Virus record (IMG/VR): IMGVR_UViG_3300050020_000030
Span: 1-64,000 of that record
Origin: a virus
Reading direction: 5' to 3' (one strand)
DNA length: 64,000 nt
Made by a program: the position numbers and the translations under genes. A model generated the notes under the pieces. It saw nothing but the letters and a program-made list of their open reading frames with translations. It was not told the DNA's origin and did no database searches. Below, piece by piece: positions 16,538-25,204 of the stretch; position 1 is the first letter of the stretch; every line of letters starts with the position of its first letter.

Positions 16538-19500
16538 ATAAACTTATAGTGTTTCTTCTCTTGGCGACAGGACTGTGTTATTCACAGTCTGCCCAGAGGA
16601 TTTCCGTTGCCATACAAAGCCCAGCGGCTGCGGCGGGTTACGCTAGAATTATTCCCCATGCCTCTATCTACGTTTGTACATATAACTCTCAGTTGAACTG
16701 CTCTTCCGGTAATTACCTTTCTATTTATTCGGATGTAGGTCTTACGAGCGGAATTGCACAGCCATTGGTTGCTGATTCTGTGGGTGGTTATCAGTATTAT
16801 ATTCAGGCAGGTACGCAGGTAGTCGAGAAGGTTTGTTATACGGGGGCGCAGTGCCAAAGCTACGCGGTGTATATAGGAACTAGTAACCTATCCATATCCG
16901 GGAATGGCGCTCCTACCCAGACGTGTTCTCTCCCCAATCAAGGTCAAATCTATATAGATAACCTGAATGGACAGATTTATTCCTGCAACGGGACTATCTG
17001 GCAAATAGCTGCCACCACCGCCGTGCCAGCTTCTCCCTCCTTTGCGATACAGTTTGCTAACTCGGGGGCTACACACTTTCAGGCGGACTCATCTATAACT
17101 GTGAATCCAACTACGCACACGTTCACAGCACCGAATGTATCTGCAAGCACCGTCGTGGCTGGCGCTATATCGCCCGGATTTACAGTCTCAATCAAAGACC
17201 CGCGCTGCGGTGGCGCAGTGGATGGGGTAACAGACGATGCAGCCGCCTGGACGGCTTGTATCGCACTGGCGTCGGCAAATAGCGGAACCGTCACAACGGA
17301 TGGATTGTCACTGCTGGAAAGCACACCAACGATTCCGAGCACTGGAAATTTCAAGATCGAAGGCACAACTCCTGGCGCGGGAATGCTTTTCTCAAATCCA
17401 TCGGGATGGGCCAGAACGGTCGTCCTCCCGTGGCTTTATGGATCCACAATCAATGCGGGAATTTACGTGCCCTCTGGTGCTTCTAATATCACGATTGAGG
17501 ATATGGCTTTGACCTGCGCACCATCGAGCGCAACAGGTTGCGGAACGCCAATATTCTTGCTCGATGACAACAACATCACGCTACGTAATAATACCTATGG
17601 GGCTGGGATCTGGAGCAACTACGGAAATGGCATTGAGTTTTTCGGAGGTCACGACCTAACTTTCGATGGGGGAACGATCTTCGGGTATAACTCTGCTGGA
17701 ATCCGAGGCAACTACTCGTCTGGATTGAGCGGCACGTCCCTGAGAGTTCATGCGCGGAATCTGAATATTCAAGGCGCTAATCCATCGAGTATATACACCC
17801 CCGGATCGTTGGAGTTTTTCAATTCCCAATCAAGCGATTTTACCAACAACAATATCGACCAAGGTAATGTGTTGAAACCCGTCTCCAACCCTTGCTGTGG
17901 GTACGGCGGACTGTTCTACACGACTGCCAATCATCACATTCCGATTACGTCGCTCTCTGGCATGGGCCATTCGATGACAGCCACGGTCCCAGGTAGCTCA
18001 CCTATCCCGATCACGTCCATGACCACCTCTGGGACGACGACGACAATTACGGTAGGAAGTACACTCTTTCCGTCAGTTCTCGTTCCCGCCCAGACGGTTC
18101 TTTGTGGAAATTATGGAGTTGTTGGAGGCACCGGCACTTTACCAGCAAACGGGTATTGCACAATCATCGGAACCAATCAGGTAATGTTCCCAACACCCAG
18201 TTATGATGCGACCGGGGCTAATCTGACAAACGCTGTCTTCTGGCTTTACGGATTCCTTCCCGACATCGGCCAGCAGTTTTACGTTGACCTGGCCGGTGTG
18301 TTTAGGGGAAACGCATCCATCAGCAGCCTGACCTACACCGCCTCTTATCTGACTGGGACGTTGAGCACCGGGCATTACTCAGTGCAGGACATTGGCACCT
18401 ATTATGCCTGCACAATTGGGGGCATAACCGCGCCCACGTTGCCAAGCATCACCGCAAACGTAGCTGGTGGAGCAATCACCAGCTACACAGTGGTCAGCGG
18501 CGGAGCAAATGCCACCCAGGATTACAGTTTCACCATCACGGATTCGACAGGCACAGGGGCAACCACGGGCGCACAGACATTTAATTCCAGTGGGGCATTG
18601 ACGGCTTTAGCGGCAGGGACAGCTACAGGGTCGGGTTATACAAGCCCGACTGTTACCGTGAGTGGTGGGGATGGGCTGAGCGGTAATTATAGCTGCACGG
18701 TCGCAAGCGCCGCTCCCGATACATTTACGACTCAGTTGCCGGGGCTGCATTCCGTGATTCCGGCAGCAGCGGTGGCGACTGCCACGGTTTCCAGACAGTT
18801 AGGCGTCTCCACGATGGCAACCGTCACTGGGTATGGTTCTTTTACGTTTGGCTTGGCGGGCGGAGACACAACGGGAGTCAATCTCTCTAATAGCATCCTG
18901 TCCATGACGGGCACGACGACGATCACGGTTACAGTTGGAGCGGGCATCCTCCCTCCAGTTGGCTCGACGTTCGTCGCGAACATCATAGGCGTTACGGGCG
19001 GGACCGGAACCCTGAACGGATATTTCTTCTACTCGACAGTCGCATCGCCGACCACATTCACTTTCCAGCAGTCCAAGGCTTCCGCTGTTGGTGCGAACGT
19101 ATCAAGTGCTTATCTAGTGGCGCAGGCTGGCGTAGTTTCCGCGTTCGATACGTCGAGCGGCAACAAGTACAGTAACACTGGCGGCACGGGGATATACTTT
19201 GCAGATTGCAATTTGTGCAGTTCCGAAGGCGATCACTTTTTCAATATCGATCAGCAAGAGCTAGACACCTCGTTGCCGGTTGGAGCCGTGGCAATGAACG
19301 GCGTCATCGGGGGTGTAATTGATGGGGACGTAGTAAACGGGTCAGCAACAAACTGCTTTGAGGCCGAGATTACCTTTGGGTTGGTCATTTCTGGAAGTTC
19401 ATGCAAAGATGCTACTGAAAGCGGCATCAAACTAGCCGGGGTCTTCAACTACAGCATCGGAGATTATACTCAGACGGGAACCTCAAGGTTTGGCGTCAAT

Positions 19501-21099
19501 ATCAACGGAGTTTCTACGGGTGCAACGGGGACGCTCAACATTTCCGGCACTACCTCTGTCGCCATAAATCCATATGGCAGCGCGTCCAGCAATCTGATCT
19601 TCGGAGGCCCCACGAAGATTTTAGCATCGCAAGGATTTTGCTTGGAGGATAACACTACCGCATCATCCTACACCGGTCTCGATTGCAACGGAGTCCCGCT
19701 GATAGTCAGTGGCACAAACCAGAGTTTCGACAACCTGAGCGTTGAGAACATTCCAGCATCTAGTCCGGCGATTACCTTGTTAAATTCAACGAACGCATCA
19801 TTCACAAACCTGATCGCATCTAATCTGTCGAATCTTTTCTACACTTCAGGATTCAATTCGAATCCCAACATAAACGGAGGCCAAGTTTCCAATGTGGCCG
19901 ATCCATACCTTGAAGCCTACCCGGCCTATGTCACCGGGTCTGTGGCCACTGGGTCCAATGTAATTCAATCCATAAGCAGTACACTTGGCGTGGGCGACAT
20001 TGTTTCTGACGCGACAGTGTTTGGCGGCTCTGGACACATACCAATAGGTTCGGTCGTGCTTTCGGTTAACTCCGGGACGGGTTGCACATCGGCATGTGTG
20101 GTCATATCCAACACGGCAACTGGAACCGTTTCGGGGGATATACTTTACGTTTTTGGCTCGGTGACGACGGGTATGAAGTGGTACAACGTAACAGCCACTG
20201 GCGGCGCCGGAGCGGGCCAGGGATTCTTGGCGTACTCGATTCAAGGGCTAGATATGCAGGGTGGCAGTTTCTCGGGCTACTCTGGAAGTGTAATTGATTT
20301 GCGTGGCACAAGCGGAACCAGCACACCCAACTCAGTGAAGGGTGTCACAATCGCAGGCGGGTCTAGAAGCCTTGGCGTGTCTCAGCAAGCGAGCAATACC
20401 ACTGCAACAGCCAACTCCTTCAGCGGGGCAACGTCCGCCGGAATCTCCGATCTCACATCGAATCTGGGAAACAGTTATCTAGGCAACTTCTTATCTGGCA
20501 TAACTGCGCCAACAGCGATCAGCAATGTCAATGCTGTAGTCACCGGAAACGTGGCAGGGATAGGCACGGGGACACCAACCTCGGCAAGCATCCCATGCAA
20601 CGCGAATAGCGTGTCGAATCTTTATTACCAAGCATCGACCGCCAGCGGCAGACAGCCGTGGATGTGCGATCCTGTGACGGTAACATGGGTACAAGTTCCC
20701 GCTCCTAGTGCGGTGCAATTCAACACCGTTAAAACGGTGGCCAGCGTGCCACTGACAACCTACTCAGGTACGGCTGGTATTGGAACAACTACCCTACGGA
20801 CTCCGAGTGCGACCGGACTTTTCCAACTGTGTGTCTATATGGAAGTAGACACGGTGGGAACCGCCGGAAATTTCCAGTTCGGAGTAGGTTACACGTCGGC
20901 ATTCGGGAGCGCCGCGCACAACAGCAATATCGGGACATCTGTTGCCGTCAGCACACCGCACGCAACTACATTTCCGGGGTCTGCGTGTTCGACATTTGGG
21001 GCTAAAGCTGGCACTAATATCGTGTACCAGATCACGGCTACTAGTGTCACGGGCACACCGACAATCGAGTACGGCGCGACGTTGACGCAATTGCAATAG
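16528..21099 (+). CDS. tailspike/receptor-binding protein with signal peptide, head-binding-like domain and beta-helix
   Basis: N-terminal hydrophobic leader; QPLVADS head-binding-like segment; GAVDGVTDDAAA pectate-lyase-3 cap; parallel beta-helix repeats. Confidence 0.8.
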   Translation: MGINKLIVFLLLATGLCYSQSAQRISVAIQSPAAAAGYARIIPHASIYVCTYNSQLNCSSGNYLSIYSDVGLTSGIAQPLVADSVGGYQYYIQAGTQVVEKVCYTGAQCQSYAVYIGTSNLSISGNGAPTQTCSLPNQGQIYIDNLNGQIYSCNGTIWQIAATTAVPASPSFAIQFANSGATHFQADSSITVNPTTHTFTAPNVSASTVVAGAISPGFTVSIKDPRCGGAVDGVTDDAAAWTACIALASANSGTVTTDGLSLLESTPTIPSTGNFKIEGTTPGAGMLFSNPSGWARTVVLPWLYGSTINAGIYVPSGASNITIEDMALTCAPSSATGCGTPIFLLDDNNITLRNNTYGAGIWSNYGNGIEFFGGHDLTFDGGTIFGYNSAGIRGNYSSGLSGTSLRVHARNLNIQGANPSSIYTPGSLEFFNSQSSDFTNNNIDQGNVLKPVSNPCCGYGGLFYTTANHHIPITSLSGMGHSMTATVPGSSPIPITSMTTSGTTTTITVGSTLFPSVLVPAQTVLCGNYGVVGGTGTLPANGYCTIIGTNQVMFPTPSYDATGANLTNAVFWLYGFLPDIGQQFYVDLAGVFRGNASISSLTYTASYLTGTLSTGHYSVQDIGTYYACTIGGITAPTLPSITANVAGGAITSYTVVSGGANATQDYSFTITDSTGTGATTGAQTFNSSGALTALAAGTATGSGYTSPTVTVSGGDGLSGNYSCTVASAAPDTFTTQLPGLHSVIPAAAVATATVSRQLGVSTMATVTGYGSFTFGLAGGDTTGVNLSNSILSMTGTTTITVTVGAGILPPVGSTFVANIIGVTGGTGTLNGYFFYSTVASPTTFTFQQSKASAVGANVSSAYLVAQAGVVSAFDTSSGNKYSNTGGTGIYFADCNLCSSEGDHFFNIDQQELDTSLPVGAVAMNGVIGGVIDGDVVNGSATNCFEAEITFGLVISGSSCKDATESGIKLAGVFNYSIGDYTQTGTSRFGVNINGVSTGATGTLNISGTTSVAINPYGSASSNLIFGGPTKILASQGFCLEDNTTASSYTGLDCNGVPLIVSGTNQSFDNLSVENIPASSPAITLLNSTNASFTNLIASNLSNLFYTSGFNSNPNINGGQVSNVADPYLEAYPAYVTGSVATGSNVIQSISSTLGVGDIVSDATVFGGSGHIPIGSVVLSVNSGTGCTSACVVISNTATGTVSGDILYVFGSVTTGMKWYNVTATGGAGAGQGFLAYSIQGLDMQGGSFSGYSGSVIDLRGTSGTSTPNSVKGVTIAGGSRSLGVSQQASNTTATANSFSGATSAGISDLTSNLGNSYLGNFLSGITAPTAISNVNAVVTGNVAGIGTGTPTSASIPCNANSVSNLYYQASTASGRQPWMCDPVTVTWVQVPAPSAVQFNTVKTVASVPLTTYSGTAGIGTTTLRTPSATGLFQLCVYMEVDTVGTAGNFQFGVGYTSAFGSAAHNSNIGTSVAVSTPHATTFPGSACSTFGAKAGTNIVYQITATSVTGTPTIEYGATLTQLQ

Positions 21100-21199
21100 G
21101 CAACGCCGTGTTGTGCGGGGCAACGGACACGAGCACTTATAACTACGACATCCTGAACTAAGCACTGAAGCTGGCGGCACAGCGGTACCCCGAGGAGCT

Positions 21200-21620
21200 A
21201 TGAAAAATCCAATTCTACCGATTCTACTGACGATCTTTCTATTTGGTGTTGGGGCCTCTGCCCAGTCTACCTACTGGGTACCTGGTAGCGGTGGCACTGT
21301 AACTAGCGTAGCAGGTACCACCAATCAAATTGATGTGGCTACAGGTACGACCACAGCGATTATATCGCTCGATCCGGCCCTAAATTTGGGAGGTACTTTC
21401 ACGGCGCATCAGTTCTACGGCAACAACCGGAACTATCGCTACTATCAATTTCTCTGCCACTCTAGGAGTGGCCCCCGGATTGTGTATCGTCAGCCAGAAT
21501 GGCGGGGGATCCCTATTTGACGTTGGTCACGGGGTCCCGAGTACCGCATCCTTTACCATTACGGCGGGATTAACGGTGGCAGCATCTACCCTGAATGTAG
21601 ACTACAACTGCATTTTGTAA
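21200..21620 (+). pseudogene. internally deleted or frameshifted fibre gene with signal peptide
   Basis: Fibre-like N-terminus (GTVTSVAGTTNQI..HQFYGNN); fibre-tip-like text continues in the +1 frame from 21420 to TAA 21618-21620. Confidence 0.6.
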
Positions 21621-21690
21621 CTTTTTTATAGCAACATTCCGTTTTCCGGAAAAATAACCGGCTCTGGGATTCAGAGCAGTTAAGGACAAT

Positions 21691-22842
21691 ATGCCAGTAG
21701 ACGAACAGAATGAAGTATTCAATGAGTGGTCTCAGGGAGTTAGCCTAGCTAACTCGGACTACTTCCAAGAGGTCCCGACTGAGCTTGATAACCCCGCAAA
21801 CTTTGTGGTTCCAGATCAACCTGTAGCTCCAGAACAAGTACTTCCCGCTGCGCCAGAACAAGTACTTCCTGTAGATAACGAACCTGAAGTTATCCAGCTT
21901 GAAGATGGGGGAACAGTAACCATCGAGAAAACCAGTAAGGGATGGAAGGCCATTCTGGATAGTGGAACCCCCGGTGTCCCCCAGGAGAATTTTTACGGCG
22001 GAACTTGGCGTCAACTTTTGGCCGGTCTTGCGAAGGGTAAGCTCGAAGCCTCGAAGACTATCAAGAAGCTTAAGAAAGAAAAACTGTTAGGTGGAGATGA
22101 AAATACCCCACTCCCGGCCCCGGTCTCCCGACCCCTTAAAGTGAGCGTTCCTACGGCGGACGAGGTTTACGCAGTCAAGAATAAGTTTGATGAGAATATT
22201 GTTGATGGGTTTGATGAGTACTTCCGGAAACGTTTTGGGGTAGACCCAGAAGTTTTTGCCGAGAAGCTGAAGTCAGCAGACGGCGCGGAACGAATCGTTA
22301 ACGCCCAGATTATCAAGAAGGCAATTGATGAAGTTAATGGGGATTTTGTAAGAGAGAACCCGGACTACGTAGAAAATTATACAGGGTCCGATGTATGGCA
22401 GGAAAATGCCCGACTCCTTATCTCCAGAATTAGCAAGACATATTTGAACAAAAAGATTTCCAAGAAGACTCCGGACGAGGAAGTAGACAACACTGTTGCT
22501 GAACTTTACTCGAAAGGTTTTTGGACAGTAGAGAATTTAGAAACCGCGAAGGATGAGTTGATCGATAGCGAATTGCTTAAGCGTTCAACCAAACCCCACG
22601 TTTCTACGACTCAACCCCAGCAAGTGGCGGCACCTGTAGTGACCCGCCCATCCGAGCAACCCGCCCCGCGTATTGCAGCGACTCCCGGACAGCCAATGGT
22701 TCTAGGTTTCTCAGCTAGCAACAGTTCACCCTCTGCTACACCGGAACCCCGAACGTTGACAGACACCGATCTTCAATCCCTCCCAATGGAGCAGCTACGG
22801 AAAATCGCGGCGGCTCAGATACAAGCGATGAGGGGAAGATAG
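21691..22842 (+). CDS. capsid scaffolding protein
   Basis: Acidic Pro-rich N-terminus, helical core, C-terminal LQSLPMEQLRK helix; directly before capsid gene. Confidence 0.75.
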   Translation: MPVDEQNEVFNEWSQGVSLANSDYFQEVPTELDNPANFVVPDQPVAPEQVLPAAPEQVLPVDNEPEVIQLEDGGTVTIEKTSKGWKAILDSGTPGVPQENFYGGTWRQLLAGLAKGKLEASKTIKKLKKEKLLGGDENTPLPAPVSRPLKVSVPTADEVYAVKNKFDENIVDGFDEYFRKRFGVDPEVFAEKLKSADGAERIVNAQIIKKAIDEVNGDFVRENPDYVENYTGSDVWQENARLLISRISKTYLNKKISKKTPDEEVDNTVAELYSKGFWTVENLETAKDELIDSELLKRSTKPHVSTTQPQQVAAPVVTRPSEQPAPRIAATPGQPMVLGFSASNSSPSATPEPRTLTDTDLQSLPMEQLRKIAAAQIQAMRGR

Positions 22843-22866
22843 CAACAATAAACAAGGTGGGTCATA

Positions 22867-23136
22867 ATGGCCTATACTCCCGCAGTAAATACAGTTACCA
22901 GTGGTAACTTTCCTAACGCTTTGGCCGTTTACTATGAGCGTAAAGCAATTCCAAACCTTAAAGCAAGCACTCCGTTTCTGGGGGCAACAAAGCAGTGGCC
23001 TTTGCCGAGGCACTCCGGTAACGTGATTCAGTTCTTCTCCTATAACCTCTTGGGCGCGAATGTCTCTCAGACCACCGAGGGTTTCGTGGGTTCTCCTGTT
23101 CCCGAGAGCGCAGTCAAGATTCAGGCGACAATCGGT
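22867..23136 (+). CDS. major capsid protein (N4-gp56-like), exon 1
   Basis: YYERKA..LPRHSGNVIQF..TEG..ATIG; joins in frame to QYADY. Confidence 0.9.
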
Positions 23137-24052
23137 GAACTTGCTGCTTAACAGCTAACTGGCCGATATAAAATTCCGCTAAATCGGTGAACATCTGTGG
23201 TATAATGGTGTTATGCCAACAGAAAATACCGAGCTAACTCAAATGAAAGATCACACAAAAGCGTATATGGCCGGAGTCCTCGACGGAGACGGTCATCTAG
23301 GAATTCAGAAACACGGGCAGTATAGTCCTAGTATACAGGTTTGTGGTGAGTCTAAATCGCTTATGGAATGGATCGTCCTTAACTTTGGGGGATCAATCCG
23401 CAAAGAAAAAATCAAGAGCGGTAAAGACTTCTACAAATGGATACTCTACGGGAAGAATTCTCAAAAAGATTTCGTAGAAGGTATCACACCTTTTGTGTTC
23501 ATAAAAAGATCACAAGCAGAGATTCTCCAAGAGTTTCTTAATATCAATCGGAGTGACTACGATCCGGAAAAGAGAGAATCTTACTATCTAGCAATTAGGA
23601 AAGCTAGATCATTGAGCAGCGTAGAGACTGACATGCGGAACAAACTAGACAATAAACTGGCTTGCGCTTATGCGGCTGGTCTGGTTGATACAGACGGACA
23701 CATAAATTTATACACGGTTCCCTCGGGAAAGTCTAAAGGTAGCATACGAACAGGAATAGAAATCGTAAATATCTATAGACCTATTCTCGATGAGCTAGCA
23801 AGGCAGTTTGGGGGTCACGTAAGGAAAAGAACAGAAGACGGGTACAAGACTCGGTATCAGTGGTTCGTTACTGATATGAAATCCGAGGAAAAACTCCTTC
23901 TGGCGATGCTCCCTTATATGATTGTGAAGAGAGAAAAAGCAGAAAATCTTCTCAAGCACCTCCGAGAAAGACTTAGTTTGAAGATACAGCCCGAACTCAT
24001 AGGTGACTATGAGAGTGTCCCAGTGGGAACGCTGAAGACCTAAACACGTTTG
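23137..24052 (+). mobile_element. group I intron 1 in capsid gene (916 nt, with LAGLIDADG ORF)
   Basis: Exon ends in U, P1 ATCGGT/GCCGAT; P3 TTCCGC/GCGGAA; P4 TCGGT/ACCGA; R CGTAGAGACTG; S AAGATACAGCC; P9 CTCATAG-GTGA-CTATGAG; ends in G. Confidence 0.92.
23213..24043 (+). CDS. double-motif LAGLIDADG homing endonuclease (intron-encoded)
   Basis: YMAGVLDGDG and YAAGLVDTDG motifs; PF..IK, LPYMIVKRE. Confidence 0.92.
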   Translation: MPTENTELTQMKDHTKAYMAGVLDGDGHLGIQKHGQYSPSIQVCGESKSLMEWIVLNFGGSIRKEKIKSGKDFYKWILYGKNSQKDFVEGITPFVFIKRSQAEILQEFLNINRSDYDPEKRESYYLAIRKARSLSSVETDMRNKLDNKLACAYAAGLVDTDGHINLYTVPSGKSKGSIRTGIEIVNIYRPILDELARQFGGHVRKRTEDGYKTRYQWFVTDMKSEEKLLLAMLPYMIVKREKAENLLKHLRERLSLKIQPELIGDYESVPVGTLKT

Positions 24053-24676
24053 CAATACGCTGATTACACCAATAGCTCTGACCTGTTCTTGGATACGGCG
24101 ATTGACGACAAGGGCGCACTTAGCTCTTTGGCCGAGGAAATGAACTATCGCCTCGCCCTCACCCTGAATCTGTTGGTCTCCACGGCTGCGGATTCTCTGA
24201 ATGGCATCGACGGTTCTGTGAATCAGCAGTTGGCAGTCGGTACCTATCTTACCGCGTCGAACCTGCGTACCATCGCTCAGCAGCTTGAGTCGGTGAACGT
24301 TCGTCCGTTCGAAGCCAACACCTACGCCGGGGTTATCAATCCTCTGGTTGTGCATGATATCTATAATGACGCCAGCTTCAACGGCCTCACGGATATCATG
24401 AAGCGCCAGTCCGATTCTTCGAAGAAGTTGTTCGAAGGTCTGGATCGTGACGCCCCTCTGGAGTTCGCGGGTATTAAGTTCAAGAGCACCACAACCGCAT
24501 CGGCTGTGACCATCTCTTCGAACATTTACTATCCCACGTACATCTTCGGTGACGATGCTCTTCTAAGTATCTTCCTCGGTCCTAATCCGGCTGACAAGAA
24601 CAAGAAGAACTACTCACTGAATATCCAGATGGCTCCCGAAGGCGGCTCGGTCTCCGACCCGGCTCGCTTGATTGGT
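24053..24676 (+). CDS. major capsid protein, exon 2
   Basis: QYADYTNSSDL..YAGVINP..HDI..FAGIKF..YPTYIFG..SDP. Confidence 0.9.
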
Positions 24677-24938
24677 GAACTTGCTGCTTAAGCAGCTAAT
24701 CGGCCAATCTAAAACTCAGCTATATCGGTGAACCTCTCCTAAAATTTTAGGAGACAATACCGAGGGAAGACTAGGGAAAGTACCTAAACCTAGAACCCGT
24801 AACGACTAATACGCTGGGCCTTCGAAAGAAGTGAAGATAGAGTCTGAGCTATACGGCGACGTATAGAGTGTCTCCGGGGTGATCCGGGGGTGGATTAAGT
24901 CCACGATGACCTGAAAAGGCATCTCCAAAACGCAACTG
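24677..24938 (+). mobile_element. group I intron 2 in capsid gene (262 nt, no ORF)
   Basis: P1 GATTGGT/GCCAATC; P3 CTCAGC/GCTGGG; P4 TCGGT/ACCGA; P5 TCTCCTAAA/TTTAGGAGA; R CGTAACGACTA; P8 CTTC-GAAA-GAAG; S AAGATAGAGTC; P9 CTATACG-GCGA-CGTATAG (arms share the flanking G); 3' G at 24938 (alternative 24941). Confidence 0.9.
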
Positions 24939-25034
24939 GGGTGGATTTCATATAACTGTAAGTTCGTGGTCACGCCTCCGCCCGGAGTAGTTATGAGGGC
25001 ACGCAAGCTCCTGAGCCAGACGTCTTCAAGCTAA
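24939..25034 (+). CDS. major capsid protein, exon 3 (missed by ORF track)
   Basis: GWISYNCKFVVTPPPGVVMRARKLLSQTSSS* restores the DP...GW capsid C-terminal motif; total 329 aa. Confidence 0.85.
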   Translation, partial: GWISYNCKFVVTPPPGVVMRARKLLSQTSSS

Positions 25035-25042
25035 ACAAAACA

Positions 25043-25110
25043 AAGGACTTATAGTTTATAGAAAATATTTTCTATAAGTCCTTGACTCAGTGAAGTTTTC
25101 GTGGTATAAT
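25043..25110 (+). promoter_or_regulatory. inverted repeat/palindrome after capsid gene, overlapping a sigma70 promoter
   Basis: AAGGACTTATAG/CTATAAGTCCTT; 22-bp palindrome 25056-25077; TTGACT(25082)-N17-TATAAT(25105). Confidence 0.7.
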
Positions 25111-25204
25111 GTAGTTAGGATCAAACTTCCGGTGTCATGAACCGGAACACCCGAGGGGAGTTAGCTCCTACTTTCTCCCCTCAAAAATTCTTCTAGGAGG
25201 AAGA

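Noticed and set aside
21829-21869. Duplicated CCAGAACAAGTACTTCC (APEQVLP twice) in the scaffold
   Set aside because: Ordinary in-frame duplication in a disordered linker.
23795-24355. 186-aa minus-strand ORF and other antisense ORFs over structural genes
   Set aside because: Shadows of well-supported plus-strand genes, with no RBS or motifs.
22867-24691. Two separate capsid genes or a capsid pseudogene, as the ORF track suggests
   Set aside because: Group I intron cores and in-frame junctions give one 329-aa protein.
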